64,000 nt of DNA from Octopus vulgaris (taxonomy: Eukaryota), in contig OX597817.1 of assembly GCA_951406725.2 (NCBI GenBank), positions 172,112,001-172,176,000 of the forward strand, in the 5' to 3' direction. Shown one piece after another: positions 40,660 through 54,101 of this stretch. The notes under the pieces were generated by a model. The model searched no databases. It worked only from the letters and a program-made list of their open reading frames with translations, and was not told where the DNA came from. Every line of letters begins with the position of its first letter. The stretch's first letter is position 1. The position numbers and the translations under genes are program-made.

Positions 40660-43640
40660 ATGCCATTAAAAAGCAATCAAATAAACAAATCACCAAAACA
40701 ATTAAAACCATCCACTCTCGCCTCAACATTTCTGCTTAATGCCCAAGGCATCAGCCCTTCCACCAATACACAAAAATGGAAGATAAGATTCCTGGAGGAC
40801 TGGGTCGAGGCCCATTCAAACCACATCCCTTTCTTCGTCTTCACTGAAACCCATCTTAGTGACCTCCACTTGGAAGCCGAGGTGAAAGTTAAAAATTTCA
40901 AAACCATTCGTGCTGATCGTGTTGGCAGAAGAAAGGGTGGGACTGCCATTTATGTCCATGATTCATTCTCAACAGAAGCCATGAACATATTTTCGAATGG
41001 ATACTGCGAAGCAGTCGCTGTATTCAGTCAAACCAACAACTTAACAGTAGTTGGGCTCTACAGACCACCCCAAACGCCCCTACCATGCTTCAAGGAATGC
41101 CTCAACAGCATAAAGTGTTTCATTCAGCAGTGTCAACCTGACAACATTTTAATGATGGGAGATTTCAACCTTCCCGGGGTTGACTGGTCTACAAACAGTC
41201 TGCCGCCAGGTTCTTCTCTCTCAACCCCTGACAGGGAGGCAGTGGAATCGCTTCTTGACTTCATGGATGACTTCTTCTTGTCCCAACTGGTACTCGAACC
41301 AACGAGATGTCACAAAAACGTCTTAGACTTAATTTTCAGCAATCACACTGATACTATCCACAATATTGCAGTGGAGAAAACCCTACTCTCCGACCATGAC
41401 ATGGTTCTCTGTGATCTGAGATTTCACTGGCCAAAATGCAAAACAAATGTCATTCCTCCTGTTCATCCATTTGACACTATGGATTTCCACAATGCAAACT
41501 GGGAAGCGATCAATAATGATCTTGCACAAGTCGATTGGTCCTTCACGCACACATACACACCCACTAACATCAAAAAGTCCTGGAAGTCACTTGTAGACAC
41601 CATCACGAACATATGTGCAAAACACACCCCATTAAGATCTGCAAACAAATCTAAGTGTCGAATCCCTAGAAATAGAAAATCTCTCATAAGGAAAATTAAA
41701 AGAATCAACAAAAAGATCAACATGCTGAAATACTGTCAACAGCAACACACCAACCTGACTGCCATCTCGTCGCTAGAGATTAAAAAACATAAACTCCAAA
41801 ACAACATGATGTCTATCATCAATAGTCAGAAGAGCTGAAGAGGCCTGGGCCATTGAGAAGATCAAACTCAATCCCAAAGTGTTCTTTTCATTTGCAAAAA
41901 AACACAGAGTCACTGGTTCTACTGTTGGCCCTCTGATTGATGAAAATGGTACTCTTCAAGACAATGCCAAAACCATGGGAGAAATATTGCAGAAACAATA
42001 TTGCTCTGTTTTCAGCAATCCTGATATGACTGATCTGGGCTGTATCAGTGATGTTACTCCCCAATACACTTTATCGGACATAACATTTGGCGCTCCTGAT
42101 GTCTTAGCAGCAATAAAAGAAATGAAGCATAATTCAGCAGTAGGTCCCGATAGGTTCCCTGCTTGTGTCTTGAAGATGTGTCAAAACCAACTTGCACCCC
42201 CTCTAGCCAATCTGTGGCGGAACTCACTGGATGCTGGATATATACCAGAAGACCTTCTATCCCAGTCTGTTGTCCCAGTTTTCAAAAAAGGAAACAAATC
42301 GCTTGCCGTGAATTACCGTCCAATCTCACTCACCTCTCATATCATCAAGGTATTTGAGAGGGTGCTGAGATCGCGTATGACTCACTTCCTTGAGAGTCAT
42401 AATATGCTGAACCCCAACCAGCATGGATTCCGTAATGGGAGAGATTGCCTGACGCAGCTACTGCATCATTTTGATGACATTTTGAGAGCCTTGGGAGAGG
42501 GTTCCAACACTGATGTCATCTACCTTGATTTCAGCAAGGCCTTTGACAGGGTTGATCATAAGATCCTTCTGAGAAAGCTGTCCAATATTGGTGTCACTGG
42601 AAAGCTGCTGCAATGGATCAAGTGCTTCCTCTCTAACAGAACCCAACATGTTGTAGTCGAGGGAGTCAAATCCAGCCCAGCCAAAGTCAGCAGTGGTGTC
42701 CCACAAGGCACTGTGTTGGGCCCACTTCTCTTCATCATCTACATAAATGATATTACTGACACCATCAAACACAGCAACATCAGAACCTTCGCTGATGATT
42801 CCAAGCTCCAGAAAGTCATCAATGGCGTGGATGACCGAATAAACCTTCAGTCAGACCTACTGGCTGTTGTCCAATGGGCGGAAAAGAATAACATGTTGCT
42901 AAATGAAGACAAATTCGAACTGATCCACTTTGGAAGGGAGGACGCTCTGAAACTCCCATACTCTCTTCCTTCTGGAGAAATTCTCATGGCATCCAACAAC
43001 ATCAGAGACCTGGGAGTAACAGTGGACAACAACATAAGCTGGGCTACACATATAAGCAGCAAAGTTGACATGGCCCGCAGAATGTGTTCCTGGATTCTCA
43101 GAACCTTCCAGTCGAGAGATTCCCACGCTATTATCCTTCTCTTCTCCACTTTTGCCCGACCCCACCTTGAATACTGCTGTCCACTGTGGTCTCCCTACAC
43201 AAAACAAAATATTATGAGAATTGAAGCTCCCCAAAGGTCAATCACAAAAAAGATAGATGGCATGTCAGACCTTGACTACTGGGGTAGACTAGAGAAGCTG
43301 AAAATTGTATTCACTCCAACGACGCCGTGAACGCTACATTATCTGTATGATGTGGAAAATATTCCATCAGCACTGTCCGAATGATGTTGGCATCACCTTC
43401 AAAATGCATCCAAGGCTTGGACCACGTGCCATCCGTCCACAACAAAAATCTAAATCGCATCACATAACGACAATACGGCACAACTATTTCACCTCATTTG
43501 GACCTGCTCTTCTTCAACATTATACACGTCAAAAAAGAAACTGACCACACAAAATTCAAGAAGTATAAATTCCTTCAAACAGTACATACACCCGGATATG
43601 TCTCCGCAAACAATAACTCTCTGCTCGAATGGGCCTTGGT
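40660..43640 (+). pseudogene. LINE ORF2 (APE + RT) split by frameshifts at ~41830, ~43305 and ~43510
   Basis: FTETHL, GGTAIYV, GLYRPP, MGDFNLP, SDHD; NYRPISLTS, QHGFR, YLDFSKAFD, GVPQGTVLGP, FADD; YSLQRRRERY. Confidence 0.93.
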
Positions 43641-43739
43641 GCCCAAATCCTGAACTGAAAGACTAGGTGGTGCTATTATAGACATATGGGCCATATAAAA
43701 CCTATATTCTAAGTTATATATACATACATATATATATAC

Positions 43740-43770
<31 letters not shown>

Positions 43771-43778
43771 CATATATA

Positions 43779-43834
<56 letters not shown>

Positions 43835-43918
43835 CATATATATGTATATATATGTACATATATATATACATATATATGTATATATATATATATATACATA
43901 TATATACATATATATATA

Positions 43919-43949
<31 letters not shown>

Positions 43950-45132
43950 ATCTTTGTGCCTGTGTTTGTCCCCCATCGCCGTTTGACAACTAGCGTTGGT
44001 GTGTTTACGTCCCTGTAACTTATCCCCCTGCAACGACTATCACAGATTGAACCCTGACTAGGCTTAGTGACTTTAATATCCACGAGTGAGAGTCAAGCAC
44101 CTTCTTTTATCCACCCACCCACCCAACAGGCTGCTCTTGCTGCCTCGCTTTCCTAAGTTCAGTTTTGTTGATGATGAATTATTTCGCACAGAACCAAACT
44201 CTATTCCTTCCTCCGGCCCTTTCGTCAGTCGCCATGTTTTTGTTCAAGGAGAAATAAAATGGAGCAATCTGTATGCAGTTTATACATAACACTTAAACAT
44301 GCTATGGACCTGTAGTTTTTGACCACATGTATCTCTAGGTTGTTTGGTACGAGTGTTGTTCGAGCAAATGTGAAGCAGTCTGGCACATAAATGTCAACAT
44401 CCATTGTCCTTCTAAACCGAGAAATCTCTTATTGAACGTGAGTTTCTTGCACCAATCACCAACTATCACGTGCCATGTCTCTCTCACAGGATTTCCCATT
44501 CGGTAGTTTTGCAAAACCCACCAGGAGGATTTCAGTGGTGACGTCATACGCTCTTTGAGAGACTTTTGCGCAGTAATCACCACCGAAGTTCTTTTAAACC
44601 ATATTGCATAGTGCTTCTGCTGTTTATTTACATTCCAAACCGCACCAGCCTTAAATCGACTTTAGATCACCCTGGGAAGAATCATTAAACCTTGATGGTA
44701 TTACCTTTCATGTTACGACATACCTCTTGTGGGTTTGTTGCAAAGTTTCAATTATTACTCCTGCATTTGAAGTACCGCTCATAGGTTGTAATTAAGGTTA
44801 ATTAGTTTATTCGTGGGTGATTCTCATCGGTAGTTCCCGCAGAGTTTGGATAAGTCTATCATAAACTTGCAACTGGTAGTCCGTAAATAATCTCTGTGTT
44901 TATATCTACGTATCTCTACCTATCTGTATGTATATCTATATAAATGTTTGCGAATGTGTACGTTTTGACTTACAAATATCTACTTATATATTTTGCTCGT
45001 CTAGAGGAGCGTATATATTAACTTCTTGAATATTTTTCATAGTTTCACACTTCCATTAACTGTGTGTACTTGTACTTTCCTAATTAACTGTATTCTTGTG
45101 TTCTTTCTGATTTTGTGAAGCCCAGTTTCTCT

Positions 45133-45195
45133 ACACACCTGATGCTAAGACGCTTAGTTACATAACTAAGCGCCCTAGTAACCGCAGGTATACAT
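45133..45195 (+). ncRNA. Decayed hammerhead-like motif with long stem II
   Basis: CTGATGC-TAAGACGCTTAGTTA(CA)TAACTAAGCGCCCTA-GTAA-CCGCAGGTA; each core box has one substitution. Confidence 0.4.
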
Positions 45196-45682
45196 TTTAA
45201 GTTATTGTCCGGCTGCATACAGACTTCTCATTAGTTCACTATAGATATTTTATTTCCCTTTTGTCTTTAATGTTAACATTTCATACACAAAACGATTTCC
45301 GATGCTGTCTACACTTTCTTGCGCCTGTCCCAGATAATTACGTTTTCTTTTTGTAGTTTTAAACTATATCAGTTTTTACAGGAACATTCCATTACTATTT
45401 CCTCATAATATTACTAAGTATGTTCCCTGCGTCATAGTAACTCGATGCATTATATTGTATATGTATATATGTATGTATATATGTATGTATATATGTATGT
45501 ATATATGTATATATGTATGTATATATCTATGCTTGCATGCAAGCATTCCCTTCTGATTTAATTTTTCAAACTTTTATGTAGTAGCAGAGAAAGGGCGGCC
45601 CCCAACATTGAAACATGACTCTTTAATTGAAATTTAAACAGTATCAACAATATGTGTGATAAAGGATGTAAGTAAATATGTT

Positions 45683-46181
<499 letters not shown>

Positions 46182-46184
<3 letters not shown>

Positions 46185-46437
46185 ATATGTGACAATTAGT
46201 TAATTGTCATAATAAAACTCAGAGTTTCGGATACCGGGAATGAAGTCTGCTCCGGCATCTCATCAGTCTTAAAAACTGATGAGATGCCGGAGCAGACTTC
46301 ATTCCCGGTATCCGAAACTCTGAGTTTTATTATGACAACCAGCTAATTGTCAAATATTATATTTATAGATAAATTCCTCTATTTTACATAATATGGAGGT
46401 CTCATTCATTATTTTGTTGTCATATTACTATTATTAA
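46182..46437. mobile_element. Palindromic hammerhead-bearing element, family H4 (arms 46182-46267 / 46275-46360, tail to 46437) in (TA)n
   Basis: CTGATGA-GATGCCGG...CCGGTATC-C-GAAACTCTGAGTT at 46276-46326 plus its mirror; helix III ACTC-T-GAGT; stem I weak. Confidence 0.82.
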
Positions 46438-46456
46438 TATATATATATATATATAT

Positions 46457-46803
46457 AGAACCGGGCGCCACTACGTAGTACCAAGGACTCCAAATTTGCC
46501 ATCAAGATGTAGGACAAGATATTGTGATAGCCTGGGCTTCAGAGGCCCACAGCTCTTCAATATCCTCCCAAAGAACCTGAGGGACGTGCATGGTGTAGGA
46601 CTGGACCTCTTCCTGTCAGGTGTCCCGGATGAACCAACTTCACGGCAGGAGGTGCAGATGAGGGCAGCTGCATCGAACTCTCTCATGCATCAGATGGCGT
46701 TTGCTAAAAAGCATCCGTGAGGTAAAATCGTGTAGCAAACCAAATGGCGGTGCCCCAGCATGGCCACAGCTCATTAGCTGAAACTGGAAAAATCAAATCA
46801 ATC
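46457..46803 (+). mobile_element. 3' fragment of the same CR1-like LINE as 21895-22272
   Basis: RYCDSLGFRGPQLFNILPK; tail GGCGGTGCCCCAGCATGGCCACAGCTCATTAGCTGAAAC. Confidence 0.85.
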
Positions 46804-46815
46804 ATATATATATAT

Positions 46816-47434
46816 ATCTTTCCCCCTCTCCTACATTTCTCTGCCTTCACCCTTTGCACTCCCCCTGATCTGTCTCTTTCCCTCTCTTTCTTCTCCCTTG
46901 TTCCCCTTCTTTCTCTCTTCATCTGTCCCTTTCTCCTCTCTCTTGTGCTCACGTGACCAGCCAGCGACTACTGCCTTTTCGCATCCAGCAGTCATTGTAG
47001 CAACACGCATTTGTTTGTTCTCCGTGGCCTTTAAGGCACTTTTCCATAGCCAGCCCTAAACTTAACTCGTCCTGTCGAAAAGACGCTTGAAGTCCTGGTT
47101 TTGTTATTATTGTTTTTACGTACTTTGTATTCTTATTCGTGCCATCATTATTGCTTTTACGTATTTTTGTATTTTTATTCGTGTAACATCGTCCGTTTTC
47201 CGTCCCTGTGTTGTATACATTCGAGGCTTTCTTCCAAGGAATCTAATGCGCTTGGCTTAGATTTCCCTTGGGGCTGCCCAGATCGGAGCAATCGCAAGAT
47301 TAATCAGCCGAAATTGCGAAGATGATCCGGTTCTTGACTGATGATTGAGGGCTTCGAATGTCCCGTCCGTGTTTTTTGTGTCGTCTTCTAAATGTTTCAC
47401 GTTCTTGTCCCAGTTTGTATAGTTTTTTTACTTT

Positions 47435-47437
<3 letters not shown>
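46816..47437 (+). mobile_element. Diverged single copy of family H3 in (TA)n
   Basis: CAAGATTAATCAGCCGAAATT..GATGATCCGGTTCTTGACTGA.GA..GAGGG.TTCGAATGTCC shared with rc of the 35104 unit. Confidence 0.75.
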
Positions 47438-47481
<44 letters not shown>

Positions 47482-47595
47482 GTCATATTCTGTTAAAACG
47501 TAGTTAAGTACAGTATATAGCTCGTCCACCTTCAGATTTCACCCAGTACTATCCAGCAGTAGTATTATACCTACTACCATATATATATATATATG

Positions 47596-47636
<41 letters not shown>

Positions 47637-47811
47637 ATAAATATTAGGGAATAAATCCAAATTTACAGGGAAAAAATCAGATTTAGGATTAAATCCAATT
47701 TTATAGTAAAATATTATAAAATATTATTAGAGACAAAACCACTATTTTGCAAAACAAACAAGGAAAGACTTAATCAATACATAAAATTTTAATAAATAGT
47801 CAAAAAAACCG

Positions 47812-47854
47812 CCACTACAATCGTTTCTTGTCTTGATCGACAATCTTCAGGTGG
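47812..47854 (-). ncRNA. Type-I hammerhead ribozyme, canonical core
   Basis: Reverse complement of 50374-50416. Confidence 0.88.
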
Positions 47855-50373
47855 ACTTCAATCTAAAATATCAATATTTTAAAATATACAAATAATAATT
47901 TTAAAATAATTAAAGTATGAATGAAAAAATATAAATATATAATCCATATATAACCTATATATAATCCATATATAATCAATATATAAACAATATATAAACT
48001 AAAATAAACCTATCAACAATTAAATATAAAATATAAAATATAAAATATAAAACAAAACAAAAAAATAATAATAATATAATAATAAACTATATATACACCC
48101 ATACACATATACCTAATTATATATAACCATATCAAACTACATACACTAAATCACACACCTATATATATATCCCTATACATACACATAAAAACGTCTAGGC
48201 AACTAAAAATAAATAAAATAGCTAAATACTTCAACACAATACTTATTCATACTCCCACACACACACACATACAACCCACATTCACGCTCTAGAAAACGGA
48301 CATCACTCAAAATTATGAACGGAGAAATGGAATAAATGGAATTAAAAATTATATTCACTTGGTAAAACGAACACTACTTAAAAATTATGAATGAAACAAT
48401 GCAATAAAACAACAGACATCGCAAATATACACAAATTACTACGAATTCCTTAACAAACCTACCATGATAAACCAAAACTCACAAAAACATATAATGATAA
48501 AATCTCCCTTTACTAAACTCTATAACATACCTATATAGCAATCCCCCTAACTTAAACATTCACACACAAATACACACACGTAAACCACACACCCACGACA
48601 TATACAAATACCCACACCACTTACACATACCAATACATACATATAAACCTCAACATATACTCCAAAAACCCACTCAACCCCACACAGACAAATAAACACA
48701 AAAATTATGAATGGATTCTTTTATAAAACTACCATGATAAGCTAAAACTCACAAAACAGAAATGATAAACCTCCCTTTACTAAACACTATAACATACTTA
48801 TATAGCAATCCCTTTAACCTATACATTCACACACAAAAACACACACGTAAACCACACACCCATAACAAATACAAACACCCACCCCACTCACACACACCCA
48901 CAAGTACATATAAGCCTCAACATATACACCAAACAAAATTACTTTACCAAGGAACTTAACATATGTATAAAAAGTATAACCGCTCTGGAAACTAACATCT
49001 CTAAATTAATGAATGGAGAAATGGAATAAATGGAATTAAAAATAATATTCACGTGGCAAAACGAACACCACTCAAAAATTATGAATGAAACAATGTAATA
49101 AAACAACCAACATCGAAAATAGACAAATTACCACGAATTCCCTAAAAAAAAACCATGATAAACCAAAACTCTCAAAAACATATAACGATAAAATCTCCCT
49201 TTGCTAAACTCTATAACAAACCTATATAGCAATCCCCAAACCTAAACATTCACACACAAATACACACACGTAAACCACAGACCCACGACTGTTTGGTGTA
49301 TATGTTGAGGCTTATATGTACTTGTGGGTGTGTGTGAGTGGGGTGGGTGTTTGTATTTGTTATGGGTGTGTGGTTTACGTGTGTGTTTTTGTGTGTGAAT
49401 GTATAGGTTAAAGGGATTGCTATATAAGTATGTTATAGTGTTTAGTAAAGGGAGGTTTATCATTTCTGTTTTGTGAGTTTTAGCTTATCATGGTAGTTTT
49501 ATAAAAGAATCCATTCATAATTTTTGTGTTTATTTGTCTGTGTGGGGTTGAGTGGGTTTTTGGAGTATATGTTGAGGTTTATATGTATGTATTGGTATGT
49601 GTAAGTGGTGTGGGTATTTGTATATGTCGTGGGTGTGTGGTTTACGTGTGTGTATTTGTGTGTGAATGTTTAGGTTAGGGGGATTGCTATATAGGTATGT
49701 TATAGAGTTTAGTAAAGGGAGATTTTATCATTATATGTTTTTGTGAGTTTTGGTTTATCATGGTAGGTTTGTTAAGGAATTCGTAGTAATTTGTGTATAT
49801 TTGCGATGTCTGTTGTTTTATTGCATTGTTTCATTCATAATTTTTAAGTAGTGTTCGTTTTACCAAGTGAATATAATTTTTAATTCCATTTATTCCATTT
49901 CTCCGTTCATAATTTTGAGTGATGTCCGTTTTCTAGAGCGTGAATGTGGGTTGTATGTGTGTGTGTGTGTGGGAGTATGAATAAGTATTGTGTTGAAGTA
50001 TTTAGCTATTTTATTTATTTTTAGTTGCCTAGACGTTTTTATGTGTATGTATAGGGATATATATATAGGTGTGTGATTTAGTGTATGTAGTTTGATATGG
50101 TTATATATAATTAGGTATATGTGTATGGGTGTATATATATGTTTATTATTATATTATTATTATTTTTTTGTTTTGTTTTATATTTTATATTTTATATTTT
50201 ATATTTAATTGTTGATAGGTTTATTTTAGTTTATATATTGTTTATATATTGATTATATATGGATTATATATAGGTTATATATGGATTATATATTTATATT
50301 TTTTCATTCATACTTTAATTATTTTAAAATTATTATTTGTATATTTTAAAATATTGATATTTTAGATTGAAGT

Positions 50374-50416
50374 CCACCTGAAGATTGTCGATCAAGACAA
50401 GAAACGATTGTAGTGG
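50374..50416 (+). ncRNA. Type-I hammerhead ribozyme, canonical core
   Basis: CCAC-CTGAAGA-TTGTC(GATCAA)GACAA-GAAACGATTGTA-GTGG; all three helices pair, GUA site. Confidence 0.88.
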
Positions 50417-50503
50417 CGGTTTTTTTGACTATTTATTAAAATTTTATGTATTGATTAAGTCTTTCCTTGTTTGTTTTGCAAAATAGTGGTTTTGTCTCTA
50501 ATA

Positions 50504-50595
<92 letters not shown>

Positions 50596-50635
50596 TGTAT
50601 GTATGTATGTATGTATGTATGTATGTATGTATGTA

Positions 50636-50675
<40 letters not shown>

Positions 50676-50979
50676 ATATTTGTAAGCAAAGACTTTCGTT
50701 GTCGCTCTTTCTCCGTACTTATCAAGCCTCCGGGTTTGTTTACAAATATTATATGTAGTACTAGACAGTTACGCACCTCTACATAAAATTTGACTGAAAT
50801 TTATGAGTGACTGTCTGGTTCAATCTGATGCGCATGGAGCTATGTTAGCGTTGATATGTGGGTTCGAATCTAGCCTGGGTAAGCTTATCATTTTTCAGTC
50901 AAGTGTTTAGATAATGCCGCTTTAATCAGAGTATAAATATTATTCTTATTATGATATATTATTATATAGTTTATATGTT

Positions 50980-51043
<64 letters not shown>

Positions 51044-51050
<7 letters not shown>

Positions 51051-51360
51051 ATGAAAGAATGGAGCTGAACGACGAATTAACAAAATTCCTTTATTTTCGA
51101 CATATGTTTCGAAGGCTACATATTCCTAATTGCGAAGGAATAAGGAGTCCATTATGCCGCTTTCTCATCAGGAATTCGTCGTTCAGCTCCATTCTTTCAT
51201 TTATTTATATTTTTAAAATAAACATACAAATTTCCACACGAGAGCACGTAATCTATGCCCTAGGCACGTAACTTCAAGCGTGTTTTTTTCTTATGTGAAT
51301 TTACTACCCAGGTATCGGTTAATTCGAATTATCCTTAATAAGATAATTCATTCAACTACT

Positions 51361-51363
<3 letters not shown>
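51044..51363. mobile_element. Inverted-junction element, family H6, in (TA)n; 28-bp inverted repeat 51051-51078 / 51173-51200
   Basis: ATGAAAGAATGGAGCTGAACGACGAATT and its complement enclose a hammerhead. Confidence 0.78.
51096..51174 (-). ncRNA. Type-I hammerhead ribozyme with long stem II
   Basis: rc TTC-CTGATGA-GAAAGCGGCAT...ATGTAGCCTTC-GAAACATATGTC-GAA; palindromic helix III ACATATGT, GUC site. Confidence 0.8.
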
Positions 51364-51435
<72 letters not shown>

Positions 51436-52532
51436 ATAAAGCTTGTGTATGCATGTCTAGGTGAATAGATTTCGGATTTCTGCACAATTATGGATGTGCA
51501 TGTATGGTCGTACCTATACATATCATGTGTGAATAAGTATACCTTGGTTAATATGTATATATATACTGTATGTTTGTATATATCTTACTGTCTATAACAC
51601 ATAATGTAGGCTATATTCTTTAATGTTTCACATATTTTCACAGTTCAATTAATAGCTTGTGCTTTTTACGTTTTTTGTTATTAATCGTATTCTAGCCAGT
51701 TTTATTAGACACACCTTCTCGAGATTGGTATATAAGCAGTTAAGTACATAACCAGGTTTATGTTTAATATAAATAGCGATTAGCTTGAAGTCTTGGATTT
51801 TGCTGGATAAAACTATTTAGTAATTAATGTAAAAAAAAATTACGAACTTTTTGCGTACGTCATCTGCATTTAATTTATCTTAATTCTTAAATTTAGTTAA
51901 TGAAGCTTAATCTCCGTCAATAGTTTTTTTTTACGTTACTTCCCTTAACTCAAGTCTGTTTAAAATCATGCAATACCCTGATGGCCTAAAAAACCTGGAA
52001 ATCCTTTCTCTTTATGTACCAAAAAAACCCCCTTCTATTGTCAACTTATCACATGTCTGCTTACTATGCTTCGATAATATAAAAACACGGCCATTGCTCT
52101 CAGATCTGGCTAACAAAAACCAGACTTTCACATACACTTGAGACATAAATTATTTCAATTAATTCTTAATTTCATGAAAATATCTTCCGTTTACCTTCTG
52201 AGTCGCAAACGACCGCGAAGAGTTTTTAGGTTTCTTATACAAGCTGATGGGTAACTTTCGATTTATTAGGAAGAATCCTGCGAATGTCAATTAGTGCGTC
52301 TGCATCTGTTTCATTTTCCAACGGTCCAATTAAACAAACAGTCACTTACATACAAATTCAATCAGTGACAGTACACTGGCATATTGTACAACATCCAGTG
52401 ACGAACAACGTGCGAAAATTTGAAATATACTTATTGAATTATAACCGAATACTGCCAACAATAAACTGTATTACTTTAACAGAATATACAAATCACTGTT
52501 AGCCTAGCTTTCATTTGCAATGCCAATGTGTA

Positions 52533-52637
<105 letters not shown>

Positions 52638-53014
52638 GGAGAGAGATTAGATGTATATATATACATATATATATATATATATAGAGACAGAGAGAGAGAG
52701 ATAGATACATACACACATATATATACGAACACACACACACACACATATATAGATAGAAAGCTAGATACATACATACATACATACATACATACAAAAATTC
52801 ACCCATTATATATTTATACTTACATACGAATATATACAAGTAAGTATACGTATATGCATATACATATATATATATCTATGTATAAATGCATATATATACG
52901 TATATGTGTATATGTACTGATGTATGTATGTGTATGTATGCATATTTGATAATACTTATACCCAATAATTGTGTAGTAAAAGGAATATACTAATGTTATA
53001 TATATATATATATA

Positions 53015-53889
53015 TCTTTATATATATAAAACTGAGAATGTGTGTCTGTCTGTGTGTTTCCCTAAAACTTGAGAACTACATAACCAATTTCATTCAAATT
53101 TTACACATGCCTTACTTAGGGTCCATGTTCAACTTCTTGTCTAGAGCGAGCCCATAGCAATATCATATCTTCTCCACTATTTCAGTATTACGTGTTAAAA
53201 GTGAAACAAAAATATTTCTCTATTTTATGTCAGATACTTTCACTTTAACAATAAAAATAATAATAACAATTGAATTATATGTAGTAAGTAATAATTAAAA
53301 TCAAACTAAAGTATAATATAATCAAGATATAGATTCGTAATGCATCTTACGGCTGTGCCTGTCACCTGGATGGTGAGGAATACTACATTGGGAGTGGTAA
53401 CGACTAGGGTAAGGTAACTGACTGCTTATTGTGATCATTCGTCTTTTGGTTTCCTGTAGCTTTACTCTCTTTTACGAACCCAGTGAACATATATTTCCTA
53501 TTTCAAAGAAATTCAAACAATAGATATAAGACCCAAGTTAAAAAGATTTTCAACAATTCAACTTCTCTGGTTGACATTAAGATGCCCACCCCCAACAGGG
53601 GCCTTAACTCTCACATTTTAGAGCTCCATGACCTTCATTTTTCAGGAGCAAAATCTTTTTAGCAGGTTCAATAAGACTGGAATTTTGGAATATGCGCATA
53701 AAAATCAGTATTATGGAATACATGTGGCCCGATTACAATTTTTCAGGGTGCGTAAAGAGTGAAATAACCCTCATCTGCAATTTTGATGAAATTCGAAGCA
53801 TAGATATTCCAGTTCATTACAGAAGATATAACAGAAAAGTATAATTCTCCAATTGAATGTAACCGGGCAACGCCGGGTATCTCTGCTAT
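53015..53889 (+). mobile_element. Non-autonomous Helitron
   Basis: 5' TCTTTATATATATAAAA then TGTC microsatellite; 3' CCGGGCAACGCCGGG hairpin + CTGCTA; in (TA)n; termini resemble the 15967 element. Confidence 0.75.
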
Positions 53890-53900
53890 ATATATATATA

Positions 53901-54101
53901 CGAGGGGTTGCTGAAAAATTCCTGGCTTTAAGGGTATCGCGAAAGGCCGGACTGGGGATTCAACCTTTCGAGTTCTTTTACAAGGTTTAGAAAATCTGAA
54001 GTCTGTGAATCTAAAGGTAGAATATGTTGAATAAAATCATAATTAACTGATCCTCCTGCATTTACTTTTATCCAAGGCCAGGAACTTTTCAGCACCCTTG
54101 A
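53901..54101 (+). mobile_element. ~200-bp MITE derived from the 22730 mariner family
   Basis: TIRs CGAGGGGTTGCTGAAAAATTCCTGGC / GCCAGGAACTTTTCAGCACCCTTG; interior matches 23720-23880. Confidence 0.88.

Larger units (their letters stand above)
36988..43715 (+). mobile_element. Full-length CR1-like LINE (5' UTR, ORF1, ORF2), disrupted by a DNA element and frameshifts
   Basis: Colinear 5' UTR-ORF1-APE-RT-3' UTR between two (TA)n tracts. Confidence 0.85.
47635..50512. mobile_element. 2.9-kb palindromic hammerhead-bearing element, family H5 (arms 47716-48935 / 49290-50512) in (TA)n
   Basis: Near-perfect 1.2-kb inverted repeat, ~80-bp tail on left, internal diverged subrepeats, no coding capacity. 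Confidence 0.88.

Noticed and set aside
38185-43510. Programmed frameshifting in the LINE
   Set aside because: Several scattered 1-nt shifts, some at homopolymers, are better explained by decay or sequencing indels
44040-44720. Possible decayed Tc1/mariner-type transposase on the minus strand
   Set aside because: Only vague HTH-like fragments, no TIRs or catalytic motifs readable
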